Source: Isurus oxyrinchus (lineage: Eukaryota). From it: a stretch of DNA of 64,000 bases. Of the stretch, positions 1 through 13,780 are shown one piece after another (the stretch's first letter is position 1; each line of letters opens with the position of its first letter). Under the pieces are notes generated by a model that was not told the DNA's origin, made no database searches, and saw only the letters and a list, made by a program, of their open reading frames with translations. The translations under genes were made by a program, and so were the position numbers. The stretch lies in NCBI GenBank assembly GCA_026770705.1, contig JANJGN010000029.1:10230001-10294000 (forward strand), in the 5' to 3' direction.

Positions 1-1059
1 GGGGGGGGGGGGGGGGGGCGGCGGTGGAATTAGACAGGAGACTAATGGGAGGAGGGCCAACTTCCATGAGTTGAAGAGGGATCTGAAGAAGGTGAATAGG
101 AATCAAAAATTGATAAGGAAAACAGTCATTGAATAATGGGAGGACTTCAAAGAGGAGATGGTTCAGGTACAGAATAGACACGAGGGAGGGGGGGAAGGGT
201 ATACCAAGCCAGAGATCACTGGATGACTGAAGATACAGAGGCTGAAATAAGACAGAAAAGCCTTTTGTCAAAAATAAGTTAATAGCACAAAAGAGAACCA
301 AGCTGAATTTAGAAAGGAGAGAAGGCCTTAAAAAAAAAGGCAGAAAGAGAATGAGAATAAATTAGCAGCTAAAATAAAAGGGAACCCAAAGTTTCTTTTG
401 AGATTTCTGGAGGCAGAGGACACTGCCGAAGCACTAAGTGAGTATTTCACATCTAATTTCACTGGAGAAGGGGATGCTGCCAATGCAGGAATAAAGTAAG
501 GGGGAACAGCAATATTGGATAGGATAAAAATAAAGGGTTACTTAAAATATTGGCAGTACTCGAGATTTATTAGAATGGTACCAGAGTGCCTTCAGTTATC
601 TGGAGACCGGAGCTGTTCTCCTTAGACTAGAGAAAGTCAAAAGGAAATGTGATAGAGGTGTTCAAAACTATGAATGGTTTAACACAGTAAGTAAGGAAAA
701 ACTGTAACCAGAAGCAGCAGAGCAAAAAATGCCTGAAAGGGTGACGGAAACAGGCTCAACAAAAGCATTCAAAAGAGAACTGAATGAACATTCGAAGGAA
801 AAAATAAAATACAGACTATAGGGAAAGAGCAGGGAACTGGGATTAACTGGACAGCTCTACCAAACAGCCAACATAAGGATGATGGCCTGAATGGCTTTCA
901 TCTGTGCTCTATCATTCTATGATTCAAACAGGTATCCCCGAGGCAAGTCCTTAGGGAATTAAATTGGAGATTAATGCAAGTTAATAGTAAGCTAGCAACA
1001 TCCAGACGTACCAAAGTTTCATACTTGTTTTTTTTAATTGCTGAAAAAAGACATGTTGG

Positions 1060-1310
1060 AGCTTTATGTCTTCAATTTTAAACAATGCTAGGCAGTTAAC
1101 TGTCAGTCACCATCACTGGTACATTCTCCATGGCAACGCCTCTACCAGAGTCCACCTGCCAACCAATCAGCACTCTCTTCACATACAGTATAAATTGATG
1201 TTGTCCCCTTATATTGGTATTCTTGCGAAGTGTTCTGATGAGTGCAAGACAAAAAGCTTCAACATGTCTCTTTTTTCAGCAATATTCAAGTTCTGTACCA
1301 CTAAACGACT
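1060..1310 (+). mobile_element. Solo terminal repeat of the same Penelope family
   Basis: Strongly similar to 4430-4660, including the ctgatgag...agcttc motif. Confidence 0.75.
1231..1264 (+). ncRNA. Minimal hammerhead-like motif, second family (G12 mutated to A)
   Basis: tgtt CTGATGA gt gcaag ac aAAA AGCT TC aaca: perfect stem I and palindromic AGCT loop 3. Confidence 0.6.
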
Positions 1311-2198
1311 TAGTCTTCTTTTTAAAAAGTGGCTTTACAAATTGGCTGCTGTGCTGAATTTCTTTTTTCTCCCCCGATTTTTGATGGAGAAGTTTGGCCA
1401 TTATCTAATTGGCCAAATTGCTATGTGAAATGATTATTAGAGGCAAGTTTCGAGAATAATATCATGATGAAGGAATTCACCCAGAGAATGGATGTGCGTA
1501 GCATTTCCCAAATCACTGCCATTAGAACAAAAAAAAACACCCCATTTCCAAAAGAATTAAAAAACTATTATATCAACTGATACTCGATAGCATGTAAAAT
1601 CATGGATTTTTAAATTTACTCTTTTCCTTCACAGGCTGTTTTGTAAACTTCCTGCCTGGTTTGCTAAGAGACAGAGCATTGTAATCTACATGCTGCAAGA
1701 GACACAAAATCCCTCATCTAGAACATGGACTGCAGTGGTTCAAGAAGGCAGCTCACCACCGCCTCTCTAGGGCAATTAGTGGGGGGGCAACAAAAATGCT
1801 GGCCTAGCCAGCGACACCTATGTCCCATGAAAAGAATTTTAAAAAATAAAGACTTTCTCGACAGGAGCTCCTTTCCTTTCTCACCTGCCCTCCAATACCG
1901 GTTTTCCTACAGCACTGGGTAAATAATTCCACTGAACAAATGTGAAACCTGTAAATGCACAAATGCAAAACTCCCACATTCTACCCTCATGCAAAGTTAC
2001 CATAAAACAGACTGACTAATGATTTATCTCATTACTGTTTTGGAATCTTATTGTGCAAAATAGTTGCTCCATAATATTCAATATGTAATGTTCACTACAT
2101 TTCAAAGTAACTCACTGTACTTGTTCTGATGAAAGACCATTGACCCGAAACTGTTTCTCTCTCTCTGACCTGAATATGTCTAGGATTTTCTGTTTCTA

Positions 2199-2462
<264 letters not shown>

Positions 2463-2699
2463 TTACTAGTCATCGGTTTTGCAGGAATTACTGCTTGCAT
2501 TGATTTTTAAAAAATAATCCTTTATTGCAAAGTTTCTGCCATCCCTTTAGGCAAGCTGAAAGACTCCCAGGCAAGCTGAAAGACTCCCAGGCTTACAGGG
2601 AAACTAACCCAATCGTACCTAGTAGCTTTGAAACACACAAGATTAGATCAAACTGCCCTGCCATGTCTGGGTTGGAAGAAGCAGGAAAGAACATTTTCG

Positions 2700-4660
2700 G
2701 AATTATTATTCTTGAGTATTGCTGAAAGAAGAGACATGTCAAAGCTTTTCATCTTGAACTCATCAGGATACTTCGCAAGAATACCCAAATAAAGGAAAAC
2801 AACAACTTATACTGCATGGGAAGAAAGGGTTGATTGCTTACCAAGTGGGCTGTGATTGGCAGAGGCTTTGCCATGGAGAATGCACCAGTAATGGTGACTG
2901 ACAGTTAACTGCCAAGCATTGTTTCAAATTTAAACCAGGCAGCTTGACCCCCGACTGGTCAAGACATTGCCCTGAGGAATGAGTGTCACTTATTTTGTTT
3001 AGTTGAAACAGGCACAATGTGTGTACATGTTTTTTCTGTCTGTAAAGAACAGAGCCCTAAGTATTAATATATGTAGCTCCTAGTACACATAAATGTACCA
3101 CACTGCAAGCCTGACTGTCAATCTTAAATTGGTTGGCAGCCTAATTTTTAGCACAATGAGGATCATTTAGCAAATGTTGCCCAATTGCAGAATCACATCT
3201 AAAATTGGACACTGTTTTGAGTCTTGCAAACACAGGCCGGTCAGGTGCGGTCTGTACCTCCTCCATTGCAAACAGCTTCTGGGACATGCTGTTGATACAA
3301 TCTACCAGTCTTTGGGGTGTATGGCCTACATACCTAGCATCACAGTGGCACTGAAATTCATATACCACTGATGTTGCTAGGTATAGCAACAGCATGAAAC
3401 AGCTAGCTTCACCTGTTGCGCAAGATTACCCTGGAAGGGCAAGGTAAGGTGGACCAGGCACCTTTCAGTGCTGAAAGTGACGGCCTTAGGCCCGATCATG
3501 AGTTTGCGATATACAGCACAAAATTATCTCATCATGGTAGCCATTATCCCGCAGGATGCCTTTGATACGTCCTATTTCAGCATCAAGCTTGCATGGTGAA
3601 AAAATGGCTCGGACCCTATTTACAAGGTTGCTGATAAGATCAAGCTTATAGCACGTGGAACTACAAGAGTCCCAACGTGTATACTGACCAGTGAAGGTAG
3701 GCTTCTGGTAGACCGTGGTAGAGAACCCCCGGCAGATTTCTCAACAAGTATGTCAAGGAAGGGGAGCTCATTTGACCGCTCCTTTTCAAAGGCGAATCTG
3801 TGCGCAGGATGGAGCCCATTAAGACATGTAAAGAAATTACTACATGCAACGGCAGATACAAATATAGTGAATGTATCATCCGCATTATTGGAAATATGCG
3901 AGGGGCAGAAGATTAGGTGTTATTCCATCGAAGACACGTTTCTCATGGAACCCAACAAAGATGTTTATGAGAGCTGGACCTTGTGGGGATCCCATGGCAA
4001 CACCATCTATTTGGGCATACACGATGTCATTAAAACTGAACTCAACCGCAAGTTGCCAAGTTCATAAGTTCAATGAATACTGATTCATGCAACGGTGGTG
4101 GGTCAAGATCGCCATGACATATTGCTACAGCGCAAATATCTATGGCTAAGTGGAATATTGGTGAATAGGCTAGCAATATCAAAAGAGTAGATGGACACAG
4201 CACTGCTATCAATATGCAAGTCCTGTATGACATCTGCAAACGTGAAGGAATCCTTCACCATGTATGTGGAAAGCTTGCTCAAAGTTAATGCACAGGGCCA
4301 TGTTCTTTGCAGACAGAAAGAACATGTACACACATTGCGTCTGTTTCAGCTGAACAAAATAAGTGACAGCCATTCGCTGACTCATTCCTTAGGGCAATGC
4401 CTTGACCAATCGGGGTCAAGCTGTCTGGTTTAAATTTGAAACACTTGGCAGTTAATTGTCAGTCACCATTACTGGTACATTCTCCATGTAATACCTCTAC
4501 CAGAGTCCACTTGCCAACTAATCACATACTCTTTTCACATACAGGATAAATTGTTTTCCCATGTATTAGTATTCTTGCGAAGTATCCTGATGAGCGCAAG
4601 ACAAAAAGCTTCAACAGCTCTACTTTCAGCAATACGCAAGTTCTGTACTACCAAACGACT
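2700..4660 (-). mobile_element. Penelope-like element (RT plus GIY-YIG remnant) with inverted pseudo-LTR
   Basis: Minus-strand fragments: SFDIASLFTNIP, GVAMGSP (RT) and VVYEFQCHCDARYVGHT...SAIGQHL (GIY-YIG). 2700-3060 is an inverted copy of 4295-4640; both carry hammerhead-like motifs. Confidence 0.85.
2737..2770 (-). ncRNA. Minimal hammerhead-like motif with intact core on the ATP13A1 sense strand
   Basis: Minus strand reads tatc CTGATGA gttcaagat GAAA AGCT TT gaca; stems weakened by mismatches. Confidence 0.55.
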
Positions 4661-4849
4661 AATTATCATTCTAACAAAACCCAGTGTGTCATTTGCCGGA
4701 ATTCTCCAAAATTCCTACAATCCAGTGGTGCAGAAACCCTTCGCTAGGGGAAGGAGATTTTTTTGGAAAAAGTTATGTTGCTCTGAAATGCACTGCCTGA
4801 AAAGGAGCAGTGGAAGCAGATTTGGCAGTAACTTTCAAAATGGAATCAC

Positions 4850-5850
4850 TGCCACAGGATCAATGCTAGGTCCTCAGCTATTTATAATTGACATCAATGA
4901 TTTGTGTGAAGGGACCAAGTGTATGGTGGCTAAATTTGCCGATGACACCAGGATAGGTAGGAAAGCAAGTTTTAGACTCTCTACCTCCTCTTGACAAAGA
5001 GATATGGACGGGTTAAGTGAGCAGACAAAAATCTGACAGATGGAATATAACGTGGGAAAATGTGAACTTTGCCAGGAAGAATAGAAAAGCAGTGTGTTCT
5101 TTCACTGGAGAGAGGTTTCAGAACTCGGTGGTAGTGGGATCTGGGTGTTCTGGTACAGGAATCACAACATTTGTATGCAGGTATAGCAAGCGATTAGGAA
5201 GGAAAATGGAAAGTTGGCGTTTACTGAAAGGGGAATGGAATATAAAAGGGAAGTTTTATGGAAACTGTACAGAACATAAGAAATAGGAACAGGAATAAAC
5301 CATTCGGCCCCTCGAGACTGCTCCGCCATTCAATAAGATCATGGCTTGTGTTTCGATTTCCACATTCCCATCTGATCTTGGTGAGACCACATCTGGAATA
5401 CTGTGTACAGTTTTAGTCTCCATATTTGGAAAAAAAGATATAATTATCTTAGAAGCATCTCAGAGGAAGTTCACTTGACTGATTCCTGTTAAGATTGAAC
5501 AGTTTGGGCCTATAGGGTAGTTGTCAGCAGGATGTTTCAACTTGTGAGAGAGACTAGAACCAGGGGACACAGTTTAAGAATTAAGGGGTCTACTGTTTAA
5601 GGAGATCAGGAGAATTTTTTCTCAAAGGGTCATTAGCATGTGGAACTCTCTTTCCCAGAAAGCAGTGGAGGCTGGGTCATTGAATTTATTCAAGGCAGAG
5701 TTGGGCAGATTTTTGATAGACAAGAGAGATAAGGTTTAGGGGGGTAGGCAGCAAACTGGAGTTGAGACCACAACCAGATCTAATTAAATGGCAGAGCAGG
5801 CTCACAGGGTTGAATGGTCTATTCCTGTTCCCAAGTCCTACGTTCCCATG
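4850..5850 (+). mobile_element. Old CR1 LINE 3' remnant
   Basis: GSMLGPQLFIIDINDL...KFADDTRIG and a HER1-like 3' tail. Confidence 0.8.
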
Positions 5851-6312
5851 TACTTGAAATCGGAAGGACCTTGAGAGAAAGATCAGAGAATTGGCCTAAT
5901 TGGATAGCTCTTCAAAAGAGCCGACACAGGCTCAATGGGATGAAAAGGCTCCTTCTGTGGCTTAAAATTCTACGTTGAGTGCATGCTTTCTGTCCCATGA
6001 CAATACTTTTAACAAGTCTCAGTGTCAAGAAGATAACTTGTCTTGCAGTATCGATTCTGCATTTGATGCAAGATACCATCAAAAAAAATTGGTTCAGTCA
6101 ATTGATTTCCAGTACCGCTACCTTTCAGCAGCAATATTGTTCACTATAATGAGCAAAATATTGATATAGAAAATAAAATTAATAATACACACAAACCACC
6201 AAATCAATTAGTTACTGTTCTAGAGGTGAAGAAATGTATACTGCTGATTACAGAGATGGCATAAGGAGAATGGCACCGTCTTTCCTCAGAGTTCCCAAGC
6301 TGCAGTACATAC

Positions 6313-6500
6313 TTGTTTGAGCCATATTTCCTTTCTGCTGCTTCAAGCTCCTTCTCATCCTGGAACCCCTTGGCTGCCTGGTAGAACTGCAGTTGAAAAG
6401 TCACTGGGAAAGCCACTGGATGGAACTCTTTTGTATTTTCATCAAACCAGTATTTAATCTTCTGAAACTCAAAAGAGATGGTTTTCTGATGGCTCTCATC
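6313..6500 (-). CDS. ATP13A1: ATP13A1 exon 3
   Basis: tgcag|GAT...AA|gtatgt; 188 nt; DESHQKTISFEFQKIKYWFDE...FPVTFQLQFYQAAKGFQDEKELEAAERKYGSN(K); its phase-2 end fits exon 4. Confidence 0.95.
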
Positions 6501-7431
6501 CTGCACAAAGAGAGATAAAACTGCTTAAAAGACCAGTATGAGAACAATGGGATTCAGGGCTGCAGCAAGAATCAGAATATAAAGACGAGAAAGGGCCAGT
6601 CTACTGAACTGGGACTCTTAAATGAACCACCAGGAACCTAACTGGCACCTAATCGCTCCCAGCCTAACACATTACACTGTGAATTCCCTAATGTTCTTCG
6701 AGTCAACAACTTTGCTTGGTGGATTATTCCATTTACTATCCATTAACCTCGACTTTAAATTTACCTTTCACAAATTTAAGCTCTCTTGTCCCATTGACTT
6801 GTCTCGTCTTTAATATTCTGAACTCATCTTAGTTATGTACCATTAATCACTTCCAATACTGTCAACTGCTTGCTTTTTAGACTCCAAAAGCTGATACTTC
6901 TCTAAATCCTCCACATAGTTCACACCCTTACACTTTGTGTGCTGTTCTTTACACCCATTGCGATGGATGAATGCCTCTATGGCGAATGTGATAAAAAACA
7001 GTACTTAAGTGAAGACTATGGTGCACTGTAAAACATCAGTATAACCTTTTCACTTATGCCCCTCTCTTCATACGATTCATCCCAATGTCCTACTTGCTGT
7101 TTAAATTGCTTGTCAATATGCAAAGTTCGACCAAACAATTTAATTCCGACTGACCGAGTTTGGGGTTAATTAACAATTGAACTTTATTAAAAAGGTCATA
7201 AAAGGGATGCATTCTACCTCAGTAGCAGAATAATATTGTACTAGAATCTAATAATTTGCATTTTTTTCTTAAAATCTTGTGATCTATGATCAAAATATTA
7301 ATGTAGATATCTTTACAATTTAAACATGCATTAAAATTGCTTGCAAGAAATACAGGCATTAGAGACATAAGTGAATCAACAGCATTAGAAAATCTGATCC
7401 ATTTTTGTTAAAACAAAAGGTTTCATTTTAA

Positions 7432-7915
7432 GGAGAGCTCTGATGAAAGGTCACAACATGAAATATTAAATTTGTTTCTCTCTCCACAGATGTTGTTAAA
7501 CCTGCTGAGCCTTTCCAGCATTTTCAGTTTTTATTTCAGATTTCCAGCATCCGCAGTATTTTGCACGTTTCATTTTAACAGGTTATTTGTGCCTAGATTT
7601 ATGGCAGGTTTGTAGGGCGTCTATACACACTACTCCTCCTCATTGTCCCAGTAGCACCCACTGTTGTCATCCACCATAACCTTTGTCCTTTAATCACTCC
7701 TCCCCGTTATCCCATCTTTTGTTTCTTCCCTGCCCCTTTTCCCCCAGCCTGAATTTGCTTAAAATCTGTTCATCTTCCGGTTCTGAGGTAAAGGTCATCG
7801 ACCCGAAACGTTAACTATTTCTCTCTGCACAGATGCTGCCTAACCTGCTGAGTGTTTCCAGCATTTTCTGGTTTTACTTCAGATTTCCAGCATCCGTAGT
7901 ATTTTGCTTTTGCAA
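7432..7915 (+). mobile_element. Two adjacent non-coding Penelope terminal fragments carrying hammerhead-like motifs
   Basis: Each has ctga..aaggtc...gaaa..tt followed by the shared tail cagatgctg...cctgctgag...ttccagca...atttccagcatccgcagtattttg. Confidence 0.75.
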
Positions 7916-8005
7916 TTTAAATAAGTTGGGTTTCCTGGAAACCGAGAACACCTTCGGCCTTGTGCGTGATTGAAGAGCTCCCGCTGGCGGGGATCTGCTG
8001 CGTAC

Positions 8006-8095
8006 CTGGTCATGCTGGAGCGCCACCAGTTCAGGGGACCCATTGTTGGGCGTTGGGACCACCTTGGCCCAGGCAGCTTTGAAGGGGTTGGGCTC
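8006..8095 (-). CDS. ATP13A1: ATP13A1 exon 2
   Basis: tgcag|GAG...CAG|gtacg; 90 nt; EPNPFKAAWAKVVPTPNNGSPELVALQHDQ (KVVPTPNNGS motif of ATP13A1/Spf1). Confidence 0.95.
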
Positions 8096-9439
8096 CTGCA
8101 GCATATGGAAACAAAACAGGTTATAATACAGGTAGACTCAAGCTCTCTTGTGCATCTTAAACCATTCAGCAAGCTCATAAAGACACATTTTCATGAGTCT
8201 GGGGAAGCACCACAAGTTCCAAGCATTCATGTCTGGGAATGTTTTAAACAGTAAGCTAAAACAAAAAAATTGTTGTAATAGTCAGCCTGCCCACTCTCCT
8301 CCCCCTCTATTCTTATTATTTCATAGAAATACAGGAATCTCTTGAGGTAAAAAGATTAACGTTCATCTAGTTGACCTGGTGGACGCATGCTACAATGATA
8401 ATGGAGTTGTTGATTAATCACAATCAATCTCTATTAATGAGTCTTCAACAGGCCCAAGCATGAGGTGAGCAAAATCTAGTGGCAATCAGCTTTGGGACCA
8501 TGGATCCAAAGTCACATGTTCCTCCCAAACATGCTACACTCACCTCACGTCAAGTCTCAAATTATTCAGATCCTGAATCGCAAAATGCTACTTTCTGAAC
8601 AATCTGAACTAATTTCACCCCTCCCCACCCCCTTCTGCCCCAATGCCAAACCCTTTCCCAATTCCATCCCAATGCCAAACACTCTCCTGCCTTGAAAGCT
8701 ACCAGCCCCACCCTCAGCCTCTCCCCTGCCACCTTCCCCATTCTGATAACACCCACAGAATCACTGAATTATTATGGAGTAGAAGGAGTCTGCACCCATC
8801 ACAGTACCAAAATGTTAACAGGAGGTGGGGATGCAGTGGTCATTACAGATGCACTGGACTGAATAGTTGTAGTTTATAGTTTCAATGGAAAGATAACCTG
8901 GGGCAAGGAGGGGGAGGGAGGCAGAAAGCACCCAGCCCCTCGCAAATTCTATAGAAAGAGTTAATGCACTGTGGACACCATGCAGAAAGTGACCCTAAAT
9001 TTAACCATGCCACACTAGGATATGTGGTTCCTGCACTGGGTTTATCAGTCATCACTTGACTTACCACAGGACCCAAGAAACTTTTACGATGAAGATAATC
9101 CTCGTGAGACAGGGCTGCCCTACATAACAGCATTAACCTCCTCAGGGTAGAGGAGCACTCAGTCAGTCTGGCACCCAGTTCACAGCTTTTGGCAACAGGA
9201 CACTTTGGTACAGTCTCATCTATCGAGCAGGTGCATCGACACCAATTTGGTTCTTGCACTATACATGATGATAAGCCCATAACAGGCTGTAGCAATGAAT
9301 TAACCCCCATAGTTAATTAAGCAATGAATTAACCCCCAAGTGCAAACAGCTGATTGGAGCTGCACAACGTCTCCACTTTCCAACATGTTACCACAGAGTA
9401 TGCTCATGACAATGGTTAGGACATATAAAGCCATCGGGC

Positions 9440-10780
9440 TATTATCTGAATGGATAGTACAGGAGCTCACCAAGGGACATGGGGTAAAGGATAATTATTC
9501 AGCTTGGAGGAATATAGAGAGCAGTGTTGCACAAGGATCAATGATGGGAGTCACTGTTAGTCATTTATTTTAAGTCCAAATCTTTGAAGTAAATTATGAA
9601 TATCAACATATTAAAACGACATCCAACTTGGAGGTAAAGCTAACAGAGAAATAATGCAACCCAATACGTGAAGACATTAGAAAACCACAGGCAGCCAGTT
9701 AAGTGGCAAATGAACTTTAACATAAGTGGTGAGGTGATGCACTTTGGTGGGAAAAACAAACCTTACCTAAACCTTAGAAAATAAAACAAACTGAATAGAT
9801 GGAACAGCAAACCAACAAAAGCAGAACTGCAGGACATCAAAGCAATTCAAAATACTAACAAAGCGCTCGATTTATTTCTGGGGGTGTAGAATTCAAAAGT
9901 GATGCAATTATGTTAAACTTGTGCAGGACTAGAATGGTTTCAGGATTGAGGGATTTTAGCTACAAGGTTAGATTGGGAAGGCTGGGATTGTTCTCCTTGC
10001 AGCAAAGGAGATTTTATATTAATGCAAAAGATTATGACAGGTTTAGATAAGTTAGACAAAGAAAAGCCATTCCCCTTAGCTGAACATACAAGGTCAAGGT
10101 ACATGGTTTTAAAGGTGTGGGCCAGAGATGCAGGGTGATAAGAGGAAGATTTGTTTTTTTAAACTCAGCAAGTGGTAATCGTCTGAAATTACTTCAAAGG
10201 TGGCGGAAGCAGAGACAATCAATGATTCCAAAAGGAAATTGGATTGGCACTTAAGGGAAATAAACTTGCAGGGCTATGGGGATGCAACCTGGGAATGGGA
10301 CTGACTGGACAGCTCTATAGAGAGCCTGTATGGACACTATGAGTCGAATGACCTCCTGTGCTGTGACGTCTCTTTGATCCTTGTCAGGCTGCACTGAAAG
10401 AGTACTATGCACAGTCCTGATTTCCACACAATAGAAAGAGAGCTCAGAAACACGGCAGCAAGTGCAAAAGAGACTGACAAGGGTGAAAGCAGAAATGAGA
10501 GATTATGACCATTTGGAAAGGTTGGGGCTTTTATCGTTAGAAAATACAGGAGTTAGAGGAGACCCGAGGGACTTTCTATCAGAAAGTGACTGTGGCAAGA
10601 ATATTTTCAAAAGGAAACTAGACAAATATAGGAGAGAAAGGGGAATTGAAAAATTTGCTGAAAGGTTAAGATGAGGTAAATGGAATGGAAGATGGATAAC
10701 CTGTGAGAAGTATAAACACCGGTACAGACTGCTGAGGCCGAACAGCCTGTTTCTATGCTGTATATTCTATATATTTCTAT
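9440..10780 (+). mobile_element. Nested old CR1 LINE remnants
   Basis: SVAQGS-like RT motif, LERLGLLSLE, and two CR1 3' tails. Confidence 0.65.
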
Positions 10781-12614
10781 GTAGTTAATATCCCATTGAA
10801 GTGGCTTGAAGGCCTGACTTTCCTTGAAATAAGCAGAGTTTTTAAAGTGCTAAGCACCTAAATGCCCAAAATAGACCGCACTCTATATACATTGTAAATG
10901 GCACCTTTAATTGACTCCTAGGATAGTGACAGACTGCCAGTGTTATTTTCTGGATATAGGTGGCTGTCCCTAATAAGCATGGATGGCACATTTAAGAAAC
11001 ATACTAAATGAAACAATAATTTCCTCAGACTCCACACCCAATTATTGCAGCAATATCACCGACTGAAGCAACACAGGGGATTATCTTCCCATCACGTTCC
11101 TGCAGCAGGACATGAAACTGTCCAACAGATCATGCTCAGCACTCAATACTTAGACTCTTCTAATAGGTATCCATTTTGGTCAAAGCAGCGACAGTTTGGA
11201 TTGGGCAATCAACATCAAATTTTCTTTTTATTTGGAGTGGGAGGAAGATCAAGAACAAAAAATGTTGGATTTGTTGAAACAAGATCAAGTATGAGTAGTA
11301 AACTATAGTTGCTAGATGATTTGTTTTTGTGGGTAAATTTGGTCTTAGGGTGTGGGCATTGTTGGCAAGGTCAACATTTGGAGCCCATCCCTAATTGCCC
11401 TTGAACTGAGTGATTTGCTCGGCCATTTCAGAAGGCAGTTAAAAGTCAACCACATTGCTGTGGATCTGGAGATACCTGTAGGCAGACTGGATAAAGACAG
11501 CAGATTCCTTCCCCTGAAGGACATCAGTGAACCGATCCAGTACTTTCATGATCATGATTGAGACTAGCATTTTATTCCAGATTTACTAATCGAATTTAAA
11601 TTCCCCCAGATGCCCTGGGGTGGTGGTTTGAACTCATGTCCCCTCAGCATTAGCCTAGGCCTTTGGATTACTCATCCAGTAACCTAGCCACTAAGCTACC
11701 GTCCCCACTGGGTTCAACTGCTTGCAAAAAAGTGATTCAAATAATAACACATACAGTAACCAAAGTCTTTCAAACATGAATCAAGTATAAAAAGATTGAC
11801 AAGTGGGTTAAGAGATTCTGACTAGCATAACTATTTTAGAAGCATAGAAGTCTCCAGCACAGAACATTGCCATTTAGCCCATCATGCTGGTTCTTTACTA
11901 GAACAATTCAAAGCAAATCCCACTGTCCTGCCTTCTCTCCTATAGCTGAATATTGTCCTTTACTTCAACAGTTTGTCTAATTTTCTCTTCAAAGATGCAA
12001 CGGACTCTGTTTCAACCATCTCACAACAAAGCATTCCATTCAAAGTTGATCACCACTCACCAACAATTCCCCAACCAGAGGAAAGAGAGAGAATAGGGAA
12101 AAACTATGTAATTTTAAAAACCTCTATTTAATGTTCCTTGCTCCAGCAAAAATGTAACCAGTTTCTCAAATCTCATCACCATGGTTCCTCATCCCTAGCG
12201 TCATACTGGTGAATCAGTTCCACTCTCCACGGTTTTCAAGTCCTTTTCATAATGGGGGTGGGGGTGTGTGCCCAAAACATCACATAGTCTCCAACTGTGG
12301 TCACTTCCTAACCACATACAAATTTTTCATAGCCTCTTTGCTATTTGTACAATCCAATGCTAATGGTGGGTTGGGGGGGGGGGGGGGGGGGGGGGGGTTG
12401 GGGGTTGGGGGTTGGTAATTAAGGCTTAAACTACCTACAATCTCTCTTTCAAAGAACTTTACATTTATCCCTGGCCCACCTCAACCTCCCTTCCGGTCTC
12501 GCAGTTTCAGGAAGAATGTATTGCCACACATCTCACTTCAAATTATATGTCATCTTTAGCTCCATTCCACTAAGCAATGTATTCTCTGCTGAAATCCATA
12601 GTCTCACTCACTGC

Positions 12615-13342
12615 TGGCCTGGGTGACCGCTTTACAGAAAACCTTCGGTCTGTCTGCAAACATGACTCAGACCTCCCTGTCACTTGCCATTTCAACACTT
12701 CACCTTGCTCTCATGCCCACATGTCCATCCTTAGCCTGCTGCATTGTTCCAGTGAAGTTCAACGCCAACTGGAGGAACAGCACCTCATCTTCTGGTACTT
12801 TACAGCCTTCCGGACTGAACACAATCATGAACTGTCTCCTCCATCCCCACCTCCTTTCCAATCCCCCTTTTTTCCAATAATTTTTATAGATTTTTCTTTT
12901 CCCACCTATTTCCATTATTTTTAAATGTATTTCCATCCATTGTTTTATTTCTACCTTTTAGACTTTTTCGATCCCTTCCCCTCACCTCACCCCCACTAGG
13001 GCTATTTGTACCTTGCTCGTCCTGCTTTCTACCCTTAATTAGCACATTCCTTTAGATAATATCACCACCTTCAACACCTCTTTGTCCTTTTGTCCATGAC
13101 ATCTTTTGGCTATCTCCGCCTATCACTGGCCCTCTATCCAGCTCTACCTGTTCCATCCCACCCCCCAAACCAGCTTATATTTCACCTCTTTTCTATTTTT
13201 CCTTAGTTCTGGTGAAGAGTCATATGGACTCGAAACGTTAACTGTGTTCCTCTCCACAGATGCTGTCAGACCTGCTGAGTTTTTCCTGGTATTTTTGTTT
13301 TTGTTTCGGATTTCCAGCATCCGCAGTTTTTTGCTTTTATAT
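12615..13342 (+). mobile_element. Shorter copy of the same Penelope-like family
   Basis: LGDRFTENLRSVCK...PVTCHFN...LEEQHLIF; 3' part collinear with 19520-20280. Confidence 0.85.
13205..13243 (+). ncRNA. Minimal hammerhead-like motif (core variant CUGGUGA)
   Basis: agtt CTGGTGA a gagtc atatg gactc GAAA CG TT aact. Confidence 0.6.
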
Positions 13343-13344
13343 CC

Positions 13345-13780
13345 CCAAGGGTTTTGGGATTAGAAGACGGGGATAGGGAAGTGCAAGATCATGGAGGGAT
13401 TTAAAAACAAGGATGAGAATTTCTTAAAAAATTGAGGCATTGTTTATTGGAAGCCAACGTAGGTCAGGAGTGATGCGTGTATGGGACCCAGTGCAAGTAA
13501 GGACACGGGCAGCAGAGTTTTGGATGACCTCAAGTTTACAGAAGGTAAAATGGGGTAGGCCAGCCAGGGGTGCATTAGAATACTCAAGTGTGAGTTACCA
13601 ACGGCATAGAGGAGGGTTTCAGCAGATGTGCTAACGAAAGGGTGAAGTCGGGTGATGTTAGAGAGGTGGAAACAAGGATTCTTAATAATGGCGCAGACAA
13701 GTGGTCAAAAGCTCAGCTCGGTGTTATATATAACACCAAGGCTGCAAACAGTCTGGTTCAGCCTCAGACAGCTGCCAGGA
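13345..13780 (-). mobile_element. L2-type LINE 3' remnant
   Basis: ggagggatttaaaaacaaggatgagaat...gcagcagagttttggatgacctcaagttta; related pieces at 49170-49450 and 58080-58500. Confidence 0.6.

Noticed and set aside
1-20. Long G/C homopolymers (also 12373-12397, 45508-45533, 63471-63487)
   Set aside because: Simple mononucleotide runs of unreliable length; no function can be supported.
2550-2592. Short direct duplications (20 bp here; also ~9291-9337 and 49983-50020)
   Set aside because: Two-copy slippage duplications with no further structure.
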